From: an uncultured bacterium
GTDB lineage: Bacteria > Chlamydiota > Chlamydiia > Chlamydiales > CAYWQB01
DNA length: 64,000 nucleotides
Direction: 5' to 3'
Assembly: GCA_964460785.1 (NCBI GenBank)
Contig: CAYWQB010000001.1
Coordinates: forward strand, 308,657-372,656
In this document: piece after piece, positions 27,735 through 41,755 of the stretch
Numbering within the stretch: position 1 is the stretch's first letter
Layout of the letters: every line of letters begins with the position of its first letter
Program-made: the position numbers and the translations under genes
Notes under the pieces: model-generated
What the model saw: the letters and a program-made list of their open reading frames with translations, nothing else
Database searches by the model: none
What the model was told of the DNA's origin: nothing

Positions 27735-28346
27735 CTACAAACCTAGAATTTGCAAAGCGTCTGCAAGAACTTGCTCTGCAGGCTGCCCTGCATTGAGCAC
27801 GTGCATCCTTTTTGCGAAGCGCTCTTGAAGTTGCATAAAGCCTTCTCGCACTCTGTGATGAAAGGCCAACCCTTCACTTTCCATACGGTCTGCCTCTCCA
27901 ACTTTACTTGACCTCTGCAACCCCTCTTGAGGAGAGAGATCCAGCAAAAATGTGAGATCTGGCTCTAAGTTTTCTTGGGCCCACAGACAAAGAGAGTAGA
28001 CTTGCTCAATGCCAAGAGAGCGTGCATAGCCTTGGTAAGCAAGTGTTGAGTCCATAAAGCGGTCACAAATGACCCACTTCCCTTGTTCTAAGGCTGGACG
28101 AATCACCTTGGCTACATGCTCTGCTCGTGCAGCTAAGAAAAGAAGAAGTTCGGCACGCTGTCCCGGAGATTCCTTCCCATGCAGCAACCAATTTCTTACT
28201 TCTTCAGCAAGTTGGCAGCCGCCAGGCTCCCGTGTTACGAGTACAGACATTCCTTTCTTTGAAAGAGCACTTTCAAGAGAGCGCTGGAGGGTGGACTTCC
28301 CAGCCCCTTCCCCTCCTTCTAAAGTAATAAAGCGCCCTTTTTTCAT
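27735..28346 (-). CDS. tmk: Thymidylate kinase
   Basis: FITLEGGEGAGKST P-loop, DRF and LAYQG motifs; 203 aa. Its start abuts the gyrA stop. Confidence 0.95.
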   Translation of the reverse strand: MKKGRFITLEGGEGAGKSTLQRSLESALSKKGMSVLVTREPGGCQLAEEVRNWLLHGKESPGQRAELLLFLAARAEHVAKVIRPALEQGKWVICDRFMDSTLAYQGYARSLGIEQVYSLCLWAQENLEPDLTFLLDLSPQEGLQRSSKVGEADRMESEGLAFHHRVREGFMQLQERFAKRMHVLNAGQPAEQVLADALQILGL

Positions 28347-30844
28347 TATGCTTCTGTCTCTTCTGGATCGGAGAGTTCTTCCTCATTTCCTTCCTCGTCC
28401 TCTTGGAAGCAAGGGAGCTTTTGGAAAGCAACGATATGATCTCCTTTTGCTCTTAGGTTTACGAGGCGAACACCCTGTGTGTTCCGTCCCATCACACGAA
28501 TATCAATAACGCCAGTGCGCAAAGTCTGTCCTTTATGGCTCATAAGCAAGATCCCATCTTCATCAGAGACGGCCATCGCTCCTACGACTTCTCCATTACG
28601 CTCATTGGTAATGATAGAGCGTACACCACCAGCACCACGATTGGTTTGTCGGAATTCTTCGACTTGTGTGCGCTTACCATAGCCATTAGAGCAAACAAGC
28701 AGGATATTTTCACTACCTGTTACAATTTCACTACCTACAACTTCATCATCTGCAGACTTGAGGCTAACCCCTTTTACACCACGAGCGGTACGCCCCATAG
28801 CACGTACTGCACTTTGATCAAAGCGCACAGCCATTCCTTTTTTCGTAAAGAGCATCACTTGCTGCTCACTGGAGACAATATGTGCTCCAATCACTTCATC
28901 TTGCTCTTCTATTGTGATGGCAAAGATCCCTTTTCTTCGAGGGTTGCTAAATGCTGCAAGCTCTGTTTTCTTCACAATGCCTTGCTTGGTTGCAAGCAAG
29001 ATATACGCATCTTCCTGCTCAAAGTTTGGAGTGCGAAGAATTTTTGCAATCTTTTCTCCCTCTTGCAAACCTTCAATGAGGTTGATGATTGCTTTTCCTT
29101 TTGCTCTACGAGAGGCCTCTGGCAACTGCCAAACCTTAAGCCAATGGCAACGTCCAAGTGTGGTAAAGATCATCAAGTAATCATGCATGTTTGCGAAGTA
29201 AAGGTCTTTGATCGTGTCCCCTTCACGCTTCAGCTCTGCTGAGGTCACACCTTGGCCTCCACGACGCTGCTCTCTAAATGTCTCTAGAGGCATGCGCTTA
29301 ACATAGTCACCATCTGAAAGGCTAATCACCACAGGGTCATTTGCTACAAGGTCTTCCATATTGAACTCGCCTTCTGCAGCTGTAATCTGTGTTCTGCGCT
29401 TTGGCTTATGGAAGCTTTTAAGCTCTACAAGATCTTCTTTAATGAGCTCTCGAACCATTTGTTCATCAGCAAGTATTGCTTTGTAATATGCGATTTTCTC
29501 AAGAAGAGCTGCATGCTCATCTTGGATCTTATCGCGCTCAAGGCCTGTTAACTGATAAAGGCGTAAATCGAGAACGGCATGTGCTTGACGGTCGGACAGT
29601 TCATAGCGTTCCATCAGAGCGGCTTTAGCTTCATCGCGGCTACTACTTGAGCGGATCAATGCAACCACTTCATCAAGATGATCTAGGGCTTTGAGATACC
29701 CCTCTAGGATATGAGCACGTGCTTGCGCTTTATTCAGTTCAAAGCGGGTGCGACGCCGGATTACTTCAATACGGTGGTGAAGCCATGCTAGGATCATCTG
29801 ACGAATATTCATCGTCCTTGGAAGCCCTTTATCCAGAGCTAACATGTTACAGCCGAAGGTCACCTGCATATCTGTGAACTTGTAGAGCTTATTGACAACG
29901 ACATCTGCAAGCTCACCCTTTTTTAGCTCAATGGCAATACGCATGCCATCTTTATCTGATTCATCACGTAAATCGGAAATGCCAGTCAGCGTTTTTGCAT
30001 GAATCAGGTTCGCAATTTGCTCTACAAGGCGGGCTTTATTAACATTATAAGGGATCTCATCGATGACAATTCTCTGGCGATTCCCTTCTTCATCCATATC
30101 CTCTAAATGATAGACGGCACGCAGTGTGAGTTTGCCTCGTCCTGTGCGATAAGCTTCATGGATCCCACGGAAGCCACAAATGATCCCTCCTGTAGGAAAG
30201 TCAGGGCCAGGCAAGACTTTTAGAATCTCTTCAAAGCTTGCTTGAGGCTGATCAATCAATAAAATTGTGGCATCAAGAATCTCACCCAGGTTATGAGGTG
30301 GGATATTGGTTGCCATCCCAACAGCAATCCCAGAGGAGCCATTACAGAGGAGGTTCGGGAAACGAGCTGGAAGAACAACAGGCTCTGTCTTTGTTTCATC
30401 ATAGTTAGGTGTAACATCGACTGTATCTTTTTCTAGGTCTTCCATCAGCTGCATTGCTGCAGGTGTTAGACGCGCTTCTGTATAACGCATCTGAGCTGGA
30501 GGGTCTCCATCAATTGACCCAAAGTTTCCTTGTCCTTGGACAAGCTTGTAGCCCATCACCCAATCTTGAGCCATACGCACAAGTGTTGGATAGATCACCA
30601 TCTCTCCATGAGGGTGAAAGTCCCCAGAGGTGTCACCACAAATCTTCGCACACTTTCTGTGCTTAGCTCCAGGAGAGAGATTTAGCTGCTTCATTGCATA
30701 TAAAATACGTCTTTGAGAAGGCTTCAGTCCATCTCGGACATCGGGTAAAGCACGTGAAATAATCACGGACATCGAGTAGCGGAGATAGCTTTCCTTCATC
30801 TCCTCTTCGACATTTCTTGGCACGATCATTGCGGAGTCGGTCAT
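28346..30844 (-). CDS. gyrA: DNA gyrase subunit A
   Basis: [27 protein letters not shown], the active-site region [10 protein letters not shown], and C-terminal beta-pinwheel repeats; 832 aa. Confidence 0.97.
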   Translation of the reverse strand: MTDSAMIVPRNVEEEMKESYLRYSMSVIISRALPDVRDGLKPSQRRILYAMKQLNLSPGAKHRKCAKICGDTSGDFHPHGEMVIYPTLVRMAQDWVMGYKLVQGQGNFGSIDGDPPAQMRYTEARLTPAAMQLMEDLEKDTVDVTPNYDETKTEPVVLPARFPNLLCNGSSGIAVGMATNIPPHNLGEILDATILLIDQPQASFEEILKVLPGPDFPTGGIICGFRGIHEAYRTGRGKLTLRAVYHLEDMDEEGNRQRIVIDEIPYNVNKARLVEQIANLIHAKTLTGISDLRDESDKDGMRIAIELKKGELADVVVNKLYKFTDMQVTFGCNMLALDKGLPRTMNIRQMILAWLHHRIEVIRRRTRFELNKAQARAHILEGYLKALDHLDEVVALIRSSSSRDEAKAALMERYELSDRQAHAVLDLRLYQLTGLERDKIQDEHAALLEKIAYYKAILADEQMVRELIKEDLVELKSFHKPKRRTQITAAEGEFNMEDLVANDPVVISLSDGDYVKRMPLETFREQRRGGQGVTSAELKREGDTIKDLYFANMHDYLMIFTTLGRCHWLKVWQLPEASRRAKGKAIINLIEGLQEGEKIAKILRTPNFEQEDAYILLATKQGIVKKTELAAFSNPRRKGIFAITIEEQDEVIGAHIVSSEQQVMLFTKKGMAVRFDQSAVRAMGRTARGVKGVSLKSADDEVVGSEIVTGSENILLVCSNGYGKRTQVEEFRQTNRGAGGVRSIITNERNGEVVGAMAVSDEDGILLMSHKGQTLRTGVIDIRVMGRNTQGVRLVNLRAKGDHIVAFQKLPCFQEDEEGNEEELSDPEETEA

Positions 30845-30858
30845 GGCTTTATTTCTCC

Positions 30859-33733
<2,875 letters not shown>

Positions 33734-33786
33734 CAGCGCGTGTGGAGCAACGTTTTTATCGCGTTTTTCCTCGAAAAAGAGCGAAT

Positions 33787-35259
33787 TTAAAGATGAATAA
33801 ACTGACTAATAAAACTTGCCACTAGAAAATAGAAAATCATCGATAAGACGTCATTAAATGCGGTCACCATTGGACCTGAAGCAACAGCGGGATCAATCCC
33901 AATGCGAGAGAAAAAGAGGGGTGAATAAGAGCCAAGAAACGTTGCAACCATGCAAGCTGTAAACACTCCAGCACTTACGATCATCGTCACAGCTAAGGGG
34001 TTGGCTTGGCTTTCATGCAGCCCAAGCATGTGAAGAGCATAGGCAGCGATTCCAGCAAGGGCTCCAAAACAGACAGAAGAGACAAGGCCTATCATAATTT
34101 CTCGAGAGGCGGCTTCCCGTTTGCCTCTTTTTGACCAAATTCCTACAGCCATTCCTCGCACAAGAACAGTACTACACTGGATCCCCACGTTGCCACTCAT
34201 CCCTGTAATCAAGGGGACAAAAAAGATCGCAAACCCAAGAATAGCTCCTATCTTACTTTCAAAGTAGGAGATACTTGCAGCATTTGTCAAACCTCCACAG
34301 AGAGTGACAAGTAGCCAAGGAGCTCTAGAAATAAAGCGCTTAAAAATCGGGTCATTTGCTCCGACATCCTCTGCTGTACCTGCGACCCGTGCTAAGGTTT
34401 CATCTGCAACATCTTCCATTGCCTCTACGACATCTTCATATGTGACAACTCCTACAAGGAAGTTGTCCACATCGACAACGGGCAAAGCAGAAATTTTATA
34501 ACGTTCTACAAGGTCAATCACCTCATCACGCGTAGCTTCAGGAGTCACCTTATGCAAGATTGAGCGCATCACTTGTCGTAAAGGCAAGTGAGGAGGATTT
34601 ACGATTAAGTTGCGCACGGGCACATACCCTTGCAGTTCTCCTGCATGATTTAGGACAAAGATACGCCGTGTAAAGTCGATACCTGGGTTATCGCGGATGC
34701 TGGTTGCAACCTCTCCAATGGTGACATCCATAGTAAAAGCAAAAAATTCATTGGTCATCAAGCGTCCCGCACTATTGCGGTCATGCTTTTGCAACTCTCG
34801 AATTTTATTCGCTTTTTTTACATCTAGCAGCTCAAGAACTTTCCGATAACGGCGATCCGAAAGATCGTCTAATACCCAGACAGCTTCATCAGGCGGCATC
34901 CCTTCAATAACTTTTTTAATTTCCTGGTCATTGACATGCCGAAAAATAACAGAGCGCGTATTGCTATCTGTATTAATGAGAAAGGTAATTCTAGCAGCTA
35001 AATCTGGGAGATTCTCATATAGAACGGGGCGAACAGCAGGAGGAAGCCGTGAAGCACTATAAGCAAGGTCGACAGGAGCATATTCTTCTGCAATTTTTGC
35101 AATCTCATGCAAGCGCACTTTTGACGTCTGCTTATGGAATGCCTCTTCTAGACGCTCCGATAACAGATCATCCAATTCTGTTGCTTGATGCCCTCCACGA
35201 TCTTCAATATGGAGTTCTGTCTCTTCATCCGAGAGATCGACTACATCGTCTTTACTCAA
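33787..35259 (-). CDS. mgtE: Magnesium transporter MgtE
   Basis: An MgtE N-domain, tandem CBS domains, and C-terminal TM helices with the GNVGIQ motif (MSGNVGIQCST). Apparent TTG start. Confidence 0.9.
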   Translation of the reverse strand: MSKDDVVDLSDEETELHIEDRGGHQATELDDLLSERLEEAFHKQTSKVRLHEIAKIAEEYAPVDLAYSASRLPPAVRPVLYENLPDLAARITFLINTDSNTRSVIFRHVNDQEIKKVIEGMPPDEAVWVLDDLSDRRYRKVLELLDVKKANKIRELQKHDRNSAGRLMTNEFFAFTMDVTIGEVATSIRDNPGIDFTRRIFVLNHAGELQGYVPVRNLIVNPPHLPLRQVMRSILHKVTPEATRDEVIDLVERYKISALPVVDVDNFLVGVVTYEDVVEAMEDVADETLARVAGTAEDVGANDPIFKRFISRAPWLLVTLCGGLTNAASISYFESKIGAILGFAIFFVPLITGMSGNVGIQCSTVLVRGMAVGIWSKRGKREAASREIMIGLVSSVCFGALAGIAAYALHMLGLHESQANPLAVTMIVSAGVFTACMVATFLGSYSPLFFSRIGIDPAVASGPMVTAFNDVLSMIFYFLVASFISQFIHL

Positions 35260-35364
35260 AGCCAGGCCCCCAATGCAAAAAAACTAGCAAACAGAATAGC
35301 GCAACTCCGCCTTCATTACAAGAGAACTTGCAGCAAGAGCAGATTATTTAAAATTATTTTTTAA

Positions 35365-37464
35365 CTATTCATTCTCTTGCTGCTCAAGGTGACCAATCAA
35401 AGCTCGAAAAGAAGGCAGAACTTGCAACCTCTCCAGCCAATCATCTGCCAAGAGATCTTTTACTGGAGGCAACTCATTTTTATAATAAGCTTTATAGAGG
35501 TAATCGACAGACTGATCGAGTGAACCTTGTAAAGAGTAAAGGCAGGCTAAGTGATAATAGCCTTGGTCATTTCCAAGCTGAACCGCCTTACGCAACTTCT
35601 CTTCAGCTTCTGCGAATAAGGCTTGGCTCTTACTATCACTTTGCATTTCTGCCAGTGATGCAAGGTTAAGTAATGCGACGCCCCAGTCTTGCATACTTAA
35701 TTCATCTTCAGGATCTTGCTTAACAAGCTCTGCATAAAGCCCTACTGCTTGTAAAAAATATGCTTCATCTCCAAGAAGCTCTCCTAAGTGCGTCCAAGTT
35801 AAAGCTAAATTATAGCGCACAGCTTGGTCTTCTGGCTCTAAAAATAAAGTATAAGACAGGACATCTATGGCTTTATCATAATAATCCCGAGACTCTGAGA
35901 AGTCTCCCATAAAATCTAAAGCACACCCATAGTTATAGAGCCAGGAGGTTTCTGGAGAACCTCGCACCCCTCCCCTTAAATCAATTGCTTGCTCAAATTG
36001 ATGGATTGCACAAATCACATCTTCTTTACTAGCTGTGTACTCACTTCTTCGTAACAGCAGCCAGCCCAAGTGATTGTACAAGTGAGGATCTTTGGGGCTA
36101 CATTGCAAAGCTTCTTGTGTGCATGTAACAGCTTCTTCAGAGACTCCTTCACTCGCTTGCAAGAAAAAGATATCCCCTAAAGCTTTCCAAGCACAGGATA
36201 GCTGAGGATTGATTTTTAGAGCTCTTTGCAACTTCTTTTGCGCCTCTACCGCATAGCCCTCTTCTTCAAAGTAGGAGGCCATACGCATAAGCACAACACC
36301 AAGAGCATACCAAGCATAAGCCTCTTCGGGACCTTTTTCTACAGCTTCTAGGGCTGCTTCATGTGCATCCTTTAGGAGTGGAAGCTGATCTGTATAAAAC
36401 CCTAAAAATGCCACGGCTTCTGCGTAATAGCTTGCAAAAACCCAACAATCTGTATGCTCCATGCGCGCAGAAGCTAATCGTTTAATGGCTTGGTACACAC
36501 GCTTAGGGTCCAGCTTATCTTGCCCAGCTCGAAGGAAAAGCTTAGCCTCAGCTAGTAAAAGCTTCTTATTTTTCTCTAGCGACCTATTTGCCAGCTGCTC
36601 TGCATGGTGAAAAAATGACTCCTCACCAGTAAGGTGATGCAGACGAGAAAGCAGTGTGATCGCCTTTAATAGAAGCTCTGGTTCTAATTTTTCTTTTTTT
36701 TCAATCAACTCTTTCAGGATGACCCATCCCTCTTGCAGATAGGCGAGGTCGCCACATAAGTTATGCATATCTACAAGGCACTGTAGGTAACCCAAAATAA
36801 AGGAGACTTGTCGGCAACCAAGATCAAAGACTTTCTTATAGCAATTTAGAGCTGTGGAAAGATCACAAGGCTCTCCACTTGCTAAATAGCTTTCCCTCCA
36901 TACAGCTCCCCATATGCTGTACACTTCCTTTAGCTTCTTTTTGTTGCCTCCGGCCAGGCTTCTTGCTCGCTGAACCCATAGTTCAGCTTCAGCAAAGCGT
37001 TGGCTACTCCATGAAGAAGACGCTAAATTTTGACAGACTTTCGCAAGCTGTATGAGTTCTTCAAAAGAAGCTCTATCTCTATTGGCTGCTTGCTCGAATT
37101 TATTCTTTGCTTGGATTAAAGCTTTTTCATTGCACTTTCTGCGCGCAAACTGTAGCCAGGCAAGACCCTCTTTTCTCCAAACCTCTTTAGAAAAAAAAGC
37201 TAGATATTCAGCCTGACAAAAACAGGTATAAGCTTGGGGACTCTTTTGCTGTAGCATAGATTCGCCCTTCTCAATAAAGGCAAGGGCCAACTCTTCTCGC
37301 TCCTCAAATCCAAGCTTTTCCCATAGGGTCAAATCCTGCAGAAGATGATTATTAATTTTTTTTGTACTTAGCAAGCGCCGTAAAATTTTTAAGCGACTTT
37401 GCTGCTGGATCGCCATAAACATACCTTTGGACATTTCTTCTTCACACCAGTCAGTATGCAACAC
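35365..37464 (-). CDS. Tetratricopeptide-repeat protein
   Basis: 699 aa with many TPR-like units (W..LG......A...Y..A....P pattern, e.g. AWYALGVVLMR, AWKALGDIFF, YNLALTWTHLG). No signal peptide. Confidence 0.8.
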   Translation of the reverse strand: MLHTDWCEEEMSKGMFMAIQQQSRLKILRRLLSTKKINNHLLQDLTLWEKLGFEEREELALAFIEKGESMLQQKSPQAYTCFCQAEYLAFFSKEVWRKEGLAWLQFARRKCNEKALIQAKNKFEQAANRDRASFEELIQLAKVCQNLASSSWSSQRFAEAELWVQRARSLAGGNKKKLKEVYSIWGAVWRESYLASGEPCDLSTALNCYKKVFDLGCRQVSFILGYLQCLVDMHNLCGDLAYLQEGWVILKELIEKKEKLEPELLLKAITLLSRLHHLTGEESFFHHAEQLANRSLEKNKKLLLAEAKLFLRAGQDKLDPKRVYQAIKRLASARMEHTDCWVFASYYAEAVAFLGFYTDQLPLLKDAHEAALEAVEKGPEEAYAWYALGVVLMRMASYFEEEGYAVEAQKKLQRALKINPQLSCAWKALGDIFFLQASEGVSEEAVTCTQEALQCSPKDPHLYNHLGWLLLRRSEYTASKEDVICAIHQFEQAIDLRGGVRGSPETSWLYNYGCALDFMGDFSESRDYYDKAIDVLSYTLFLEPEDQAVRYNLALTWTHLGELLGDEAYFLQAVGLYAELVKQDPEDELSMQDWGVALLNLASLAEMQSDSKSQALFAEAEEKLRKAVQLGNDQGYYHLACLYSLQGSLDQSVDYLYKAYYKNELPPVKDLLADDWLERLQVLPSFRALIGHLEQQENE

Positions 37465-37548
37465 CTCCTTGCCTGAAGTGAGCCCTCATCATCACAATAG
37501 CCCTACGTACTCCTGGTACGCAACAAAAAAAACCTCTATTAGCCATCG

Positions 37549-39552
37549 TCACCTAAGAGATCTCTCTTTCACTAGTGAAGTAAAAGAGTTTGTATCCATG
37601 ACCGTATAGCCCCCTGTAGAGCTCTGTACAGCCAATTCTTCTCCTTCCCCCCATTGCACAAAAGATAAGGGCACACAATGTTTTGCAAGAAAGTCCACAG
37701 CCTGCTTTGAGCAGTCACTTGTGGCGGGGAATGAGAAGAGAAGAGTTTCTGAGCTCTGTAGTCGCAAGAGCACATAATAAAAATATGCATGTCCAATAGG
37801 GTAAAGCTCCATCAAAGGTTGAGCAGCACGCAAAATCGATTTACACCCCTCTAAATACACACTACTTCCTGTGTACTTATGGAGGCGCAATAAGTTATCT
37901 GCATGCAAGGAGTTCCCACAAGGAAAGTTTTTATCTCCTAATTCACACTGACGATAAAAAAGGGGAAAATGCAAACATTGCTGGTAAAATGCCCCTCCCT
38001 CTTCTCCAAAAAAGCGTTCTGCTGCATGAGCTACTTTTTGTGCATACTCTAGATATGCAGGGTTTATCCCTAACTCATACCCTTGTAATAGGGAATAGCA
38101 AAGGTAGGCATAATCATCAAAAATATGATCTGGAGAGAGACTCGCTTTGCTAGAGCTATGGTAAAGCCTCTGACCGTCCCACAGGGCATCCAGAGCGTAG
38201 GCTATAATTTCCTGCCCTTTTTGTATCCAAGATGGATTGACAAAACTCACTCCAGCAGAGAACAGAAGTGCTGCAAATGCAGCATTTGTAGAAGTCACAA
38301 AAGGATGCTCTGAATCCTGTGTAGAGATAAACTCATGCTCTCTAACTGCTTTTAATGCAGCATCCACAGCTTCTTGAAAGTGTTCAACATTGAGCTTATG
38401 GTACCTACAGTAGGACTCTGCATCTATTTGAAGGCGAACACGCTGCTTCTTAAACAGGTATTCCTTCAGGTCTATCCCCCAGAAAGGCGCCACTTGTCGT
38501 GTCAGCTTTTTTCCGAGATGAGTATAAAAGTCTTCTAGACACCACTCAAGCTCTCTTTGCCCTTTTTGGTGGCTAGAGATGCCTCCACACGGAAGAGAAG
38601 CCCCCTTTAACATGCCCTGAATAAACCCCTCAACAAACTTCTGGTAAGCCTCTTTTCCCGTTGCTTTCCAAGCGACTAAGTAGGTTTCTGCAAGAAATGC
38701 ATTTTCCAATAGCTCTTTTTCTGGATAAGGGTCACTCCAAGTCTCGCTTTGAGAATAGCGGTGAGCTCCACCCTGAATCACATCATGATAAGATCCCCTC
38801 AAAGCACTATCAAGGGTCTTATGAATATAAAGCGCAGACCGATCATCAGCCTGTACACAAAGATGGGTCAGAAGAAAGCGGATATGGCAACTATTTACAC
38901 TTTTGATAGACCCTTGCTCTCCGCCATATAGAGGGTCAACATTTGGATACAAATAATCCTTAAAGAGAGAGGCTTGCCCTAGATCAGGCATACTATCCCC
39001 TTGTGAAAGCACCTTTTGAGAAAGCCCTTCGATAAGCTTTTTGGCTTCGCCAAGAAAGCGCTCTCTATTTTCTGTCCACATATTGCGCACAGCTGCAATA
39101 AACTCTTCGACCCCAATTTCATTTTCTTTTGGATGTAAAGGAAGGGATTGCACGGCATAAAGAGGAAGAAGGTTTGTTGAAAGAGCAAAGCAAATGGGCC
39201 AGTCCAAAGCCTCCATAAAAAAAGCATGAGCAAATTCTAAGTAAAGCTCTGCCACCGAGGGAATATGTTCTCGATCCAGAAGAACACAGACAAAGTTTTG
39301 GTTTAGCCTCTCTCCCAGAGTAGGATCTTGAAAGACCTCTTTTTGTAATCTCTGAAGGGTAGGGCATCCAACATGACCAATACACAGAAAGACAGGAACA
39401 TCACGTTCATCTGCTAAAGTGAAAGCTTGCTTCCCCCAAGGAAGCCAATGCACCTGATCGTTGGCATGTTGCTTTAAGAGGCAAGAAGAGTTTTTTGCAA
39501 TATGGCTCACATACAACCTTTGGAAAGAAAGCATTACGGCGCAGTAAAACAA
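37549..39552 (-). CDS. Thioredoxin-fold DUF255 / YyaL-like protein with (alpha/alpha)6 domain
   Basis: The N-terminal HANDQVHWLPWGKQAF...PVFLCIGHVGCP...VCVLLDREHIP matches the DUF255 (SPATA20/YyaL) signature. The long helical C-terminal half is consistent with an N-acylglucosamine-epimerase-like fold. Confidence 0.75.
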   Translation of the reverse strand: MFYCAVMLSFQRLYVSHIAKNSSCLLKQHANDQVHWLPWGKQAFTLADERDVPVFLCIGHVGCPTLQRLQKEVFQDPTLGERLNQNFVCVLLDREHIPSVAELYLEFAHAFFMEALDWPICFALSTNLLPLYAVQSLPLHPKENEIGVEEFIAAVRNMWTENRERFLGEAKKLIEGLSQKVLSQGDSMPDLGQASLFKDYLYPNVDPLYGGEQGSIKSVNSCHIRFLLTHLCVQADDRSALYIHKTLDSALRGSYHDVIQGGAHRYSQSETWSDPYPEKELLENAFLAETYLVAWKATGKEAYQKFVEGFIQGMLKGASLPCGGISSHQKGQRELEWCLEDFYTHLGKKLTRQVAPFWGIDLKEYLFKKQRVRLQIDAESYCRYHKLNVEHFQEAVDAALKAVREHEFISTQDSEHPFVTSTNAAFAALLFSAGVSFVNPSWIQKGQEIIAYALDALWDGQRLYHSSSKASLSPDHIFDDYAYLCYSLLQGYELGINPAYLEYAQKVAHAAERFFGEEGGAFYQQCLHFPLFYRQCELGDKNFPCGNSLHADNLLRLHKYTGSSVYLEGCKSILRAAQPLMELYPIGHAYFYYVLLRLQSSETLLFSFPATSDCSKQAVDFLAKHCVPLSFVQWGEGEELAVQSSTGGYTVMDTNSFTSLVKERSLR

Positions 39553-39649
39553 AAAGGGAATTCCATGAAAAACATTTTCCTTACTGACTATCGCCTACAA
39601 AAGACAAAAACTGTATAAGAGACTTCTTTCATCTATGGCTTAATGTGCA

Positions 39650-41746
39650 ATGAAACGATTTTCTCTACTTCTTTCTTTAGCCCTCTCCCTGTCTTCTTTA
39701 GCAGTCTCTGACTCCCTGCACATCGATCTAAAAAACCCCTCATGGAAAGATTCTGTTTTTTCCACTTATGAAGGAGGAGTGGTAGAGGGAGATTCTCTAC
39801 GCATCCAAGCTGAGACAATTTCCCTATCCAAAGCCCAAGGGCCGAATGAGGATTCTAAGATTCAAGCAAGCGGCTCTTTAATGCTTGAGCTGAATGGCAG
39901 TATCTACGTTGGCAAACGCTTAGAATACAACTTAACCAAGCATACAGGGCTTCTTATAGAGGGAGCTACCTCCCAAGATATTTGGCTCTATCAAGCGGAA
40001 AAAATTCGTTTTTTTGCTGATGGAAAAGTACTTCTTGAACAGGTTAAGGCATCTACAAACCATGAGAAGTCCCCCTCTTGGTACCTTATTGCTTCTGATG
40101 TAACTATTTTACCTACACATCAGCTTCAAATGAGGAACCTTCGCTTTCACCTTGGTCCAATTCCTTTCTTATGGCTCCCCTACCTCAGCGGAGCCATTGA
40201 CACCTTCCGCAACCCTCCGGTCACTCTTTCTCTCCGTATTGGCAGCAAAAAAGATAACCGTCTTGGGATTCGCTATAGAATGTATGAAGGAAGTGAATGG
40301 ACCTCTTACTTGCGGCTAGCCTATCATGTGAGTAGAGGTGTTGGTGCTGGTGTAGACTTTTCTTATAATAGTCTTTCTGGAAAAAGCTCTCTCTTTTCAC
40401 AGAATTTTTATGCAAAAGACAGCACTATTTCAGATCCTAAAAAACGCGCTCGCTACCAATTCACAGGAAACTTTAAGCATCTACTCCGTCAAGGGCGTTC
40501 ACATGTAGAAGTTGTCTATGATAAAACAAGTGACAGCTCCATAGTTGAAGATTTTTACACCAATGACTTCACGATTCGCAATGTTCGCAATACATATGCG
40601 ACGCTCAAAAATCAAACAGACCGCTCGATTCAGCACCTGCGCGTGAAAGCACAAGTCAACAACTTTCAGACAGTTAAACAGGAGTTTCCATCACTCTTTG
40701 CAACAGTCAAGCCTTTAACTCTAAATAGACTAGGCCTTGTTTTCCAGGGACAAACACGCCTTGAATATTTAGACCTTACCTATGCAAATGGTACTCCTGG
40801 TGTACGAGAATTTTCCGCCCCCCGCTACCACCTTTCTGCCCTTTGCTATCGCCCCTTTCACCTTGCAGCAATCAATATTTCCCCCTTCCTAGGCAGCTCT
40901 GGAGCTTTCTACGGGAATAGTCCAAATGACACCTCAACAAGGTTTGCAGTCGTGGAATATGGCCTCAAGTCCAACCTACGACTTGAAAAGCGCTACCCTT
41001 CTGTTCAACATACTGTCATTCCGTATATCAACTTCAATGGTGTTTCCAACCCCACTCGTCCCCTAGAAGACCACTATATTTTTGACTATGAGGATGCATA
41101 TAACCGCATCCAACTGATTTCCTTAGGAGTGCGCCAACAGTGGTCCTCTACCAAGTCCTCTCAGCCTTTTTTAGTCGACTGGGATCTCTTCCTTCGCTAC
41201 TTCGCAGGAAAAACAAATGCTACACATCGCTTACCAAGACTCTACACACAACTTTCTATCCAACCGACTCCCTCCCTTTCTTGCTACTGCAAAGGCTCTT
41301 TTTATCGTCCCAAGCATAATGTCGACTTGCTCAGGGTGGGGCTTGCATGGACCAGAAATGAAAACTTTGCCTTCCGTATTGAAGGAGAATCTCGCAGCCG
41401 CTATGGTTGGCTAAAAGCCAATGATCAAAGCTTTTTCTTAGAAGCCACGCGGCCTGAAGAAGACTTACTAGCCTCTAGCCTATCTCGCCCACAAAAAACT
41501 CTCCATACGCATCTAAGCTTCCGTCCCCTCCGCTCTCTACTTGTCACCTTTGAAACACGAAATGGCTGGCAAAGAGAAAGGCTTGCTCCCTACAATGAAT
41601 GGAAGACCACCTTCAATACTCTTGTTGGTGCACAATGGGCTCTAGAGTTGATTTTAGAAAAAACAACAGTTGATAAAAGAGTTGGCCTTAACCTCTCCCT
41701 TGTAGGAGGAAAGAAGCGACTCCACGATCAGCGAACAATTTGGTAA
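39650..41746 (+). CDS. lptD: LptD (OstA)-like outer-membrane LPS assembly protein
   Basis: Signal peptide, an OstA-like N-terminal beta-jellyroll, the SWYLIASDVTILP...LGPIPFLWLPYLS pattern typical of LptD, and a long beta-barrel-like remainder. Confidence 0.6.
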   Translation: MKRFSLLLSLALSLSSLAVSDSLHIDLKNPSWKDSVFSTYEGGVVEGDSLRIQAETISLSKAQGPNEDSKIQASGSLMLELNGSIYVGKRLEYNLTKHTGLLIEGATSQDIWLYQAEKIRFFADGKVLLEQVKASTNHEKSPSWYLIASDVTILPTHQLQMRNLRFHLGPIPFLWLPYLSGAIDTFRNPPVTLSLRIGSKKDNRLGIRYRMYEGSEWTSYLRLAYHVSRGVGAGVDFSYNSLSGKSSLFSQNFYAKDSTISDPKKRARYQFTGNFKHLLRQGRSHVEVVYDKTSDSSIVEDFYTNDFTIRNVRNTYATLKNQTDRSIQHLRVKAQVNNFQTVKQEFPSLFATVKPLTLNRLGLVFQGQTRLEYLDLTYANGTPGVREFSAPRYHLSALCYRPFHLAAINISPFLGSSGAFYGNSPNDTSTRFAVVEYGLKSNLRLEKRYPSVQHTVIPYINFNGVSNPTRPLEDHYIFDYEDAYNRIQLISLGVRQQWSSTKSSQPFLVDWDLFLRYFAGKTNATHRLPRLYTQLSIQPTPSLSCYCKGSFYRPKHNVDLLRVGLAWTRNENFAFRIEGESRSRYGWLKANDQSFFLEATRPEEDLLASSLSRPQKTLHTHLSFRPLRSLLVTFETRNGWQRERLAPYNEWKTTFNTLVGAQWALELILEKTTVDKRVGLNLSLVGGKKRLHDQRTIW

Positions 41747-41755
41747 CTGCAAGCG

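Noticed and set aside
28535-29242. 235-aa ORF on the plus strand (plus other plus-strand ORFs between 28069 and 29180)
   Set aside because: These ORFs lie entirely antisense to the well-supported gyrA and tmk genes. Their composition is low-complexity and typical of shadow ORFs, and they have no motif or RBS.
35260-35364. Possible M-box (Mg2+) riboswitch in the mgtE leader
   Set aside because: The spacer is only ~105 nt and must also hold the TPR gene's terminator. This is too short for an M-box, and I could not see its conserved helices.
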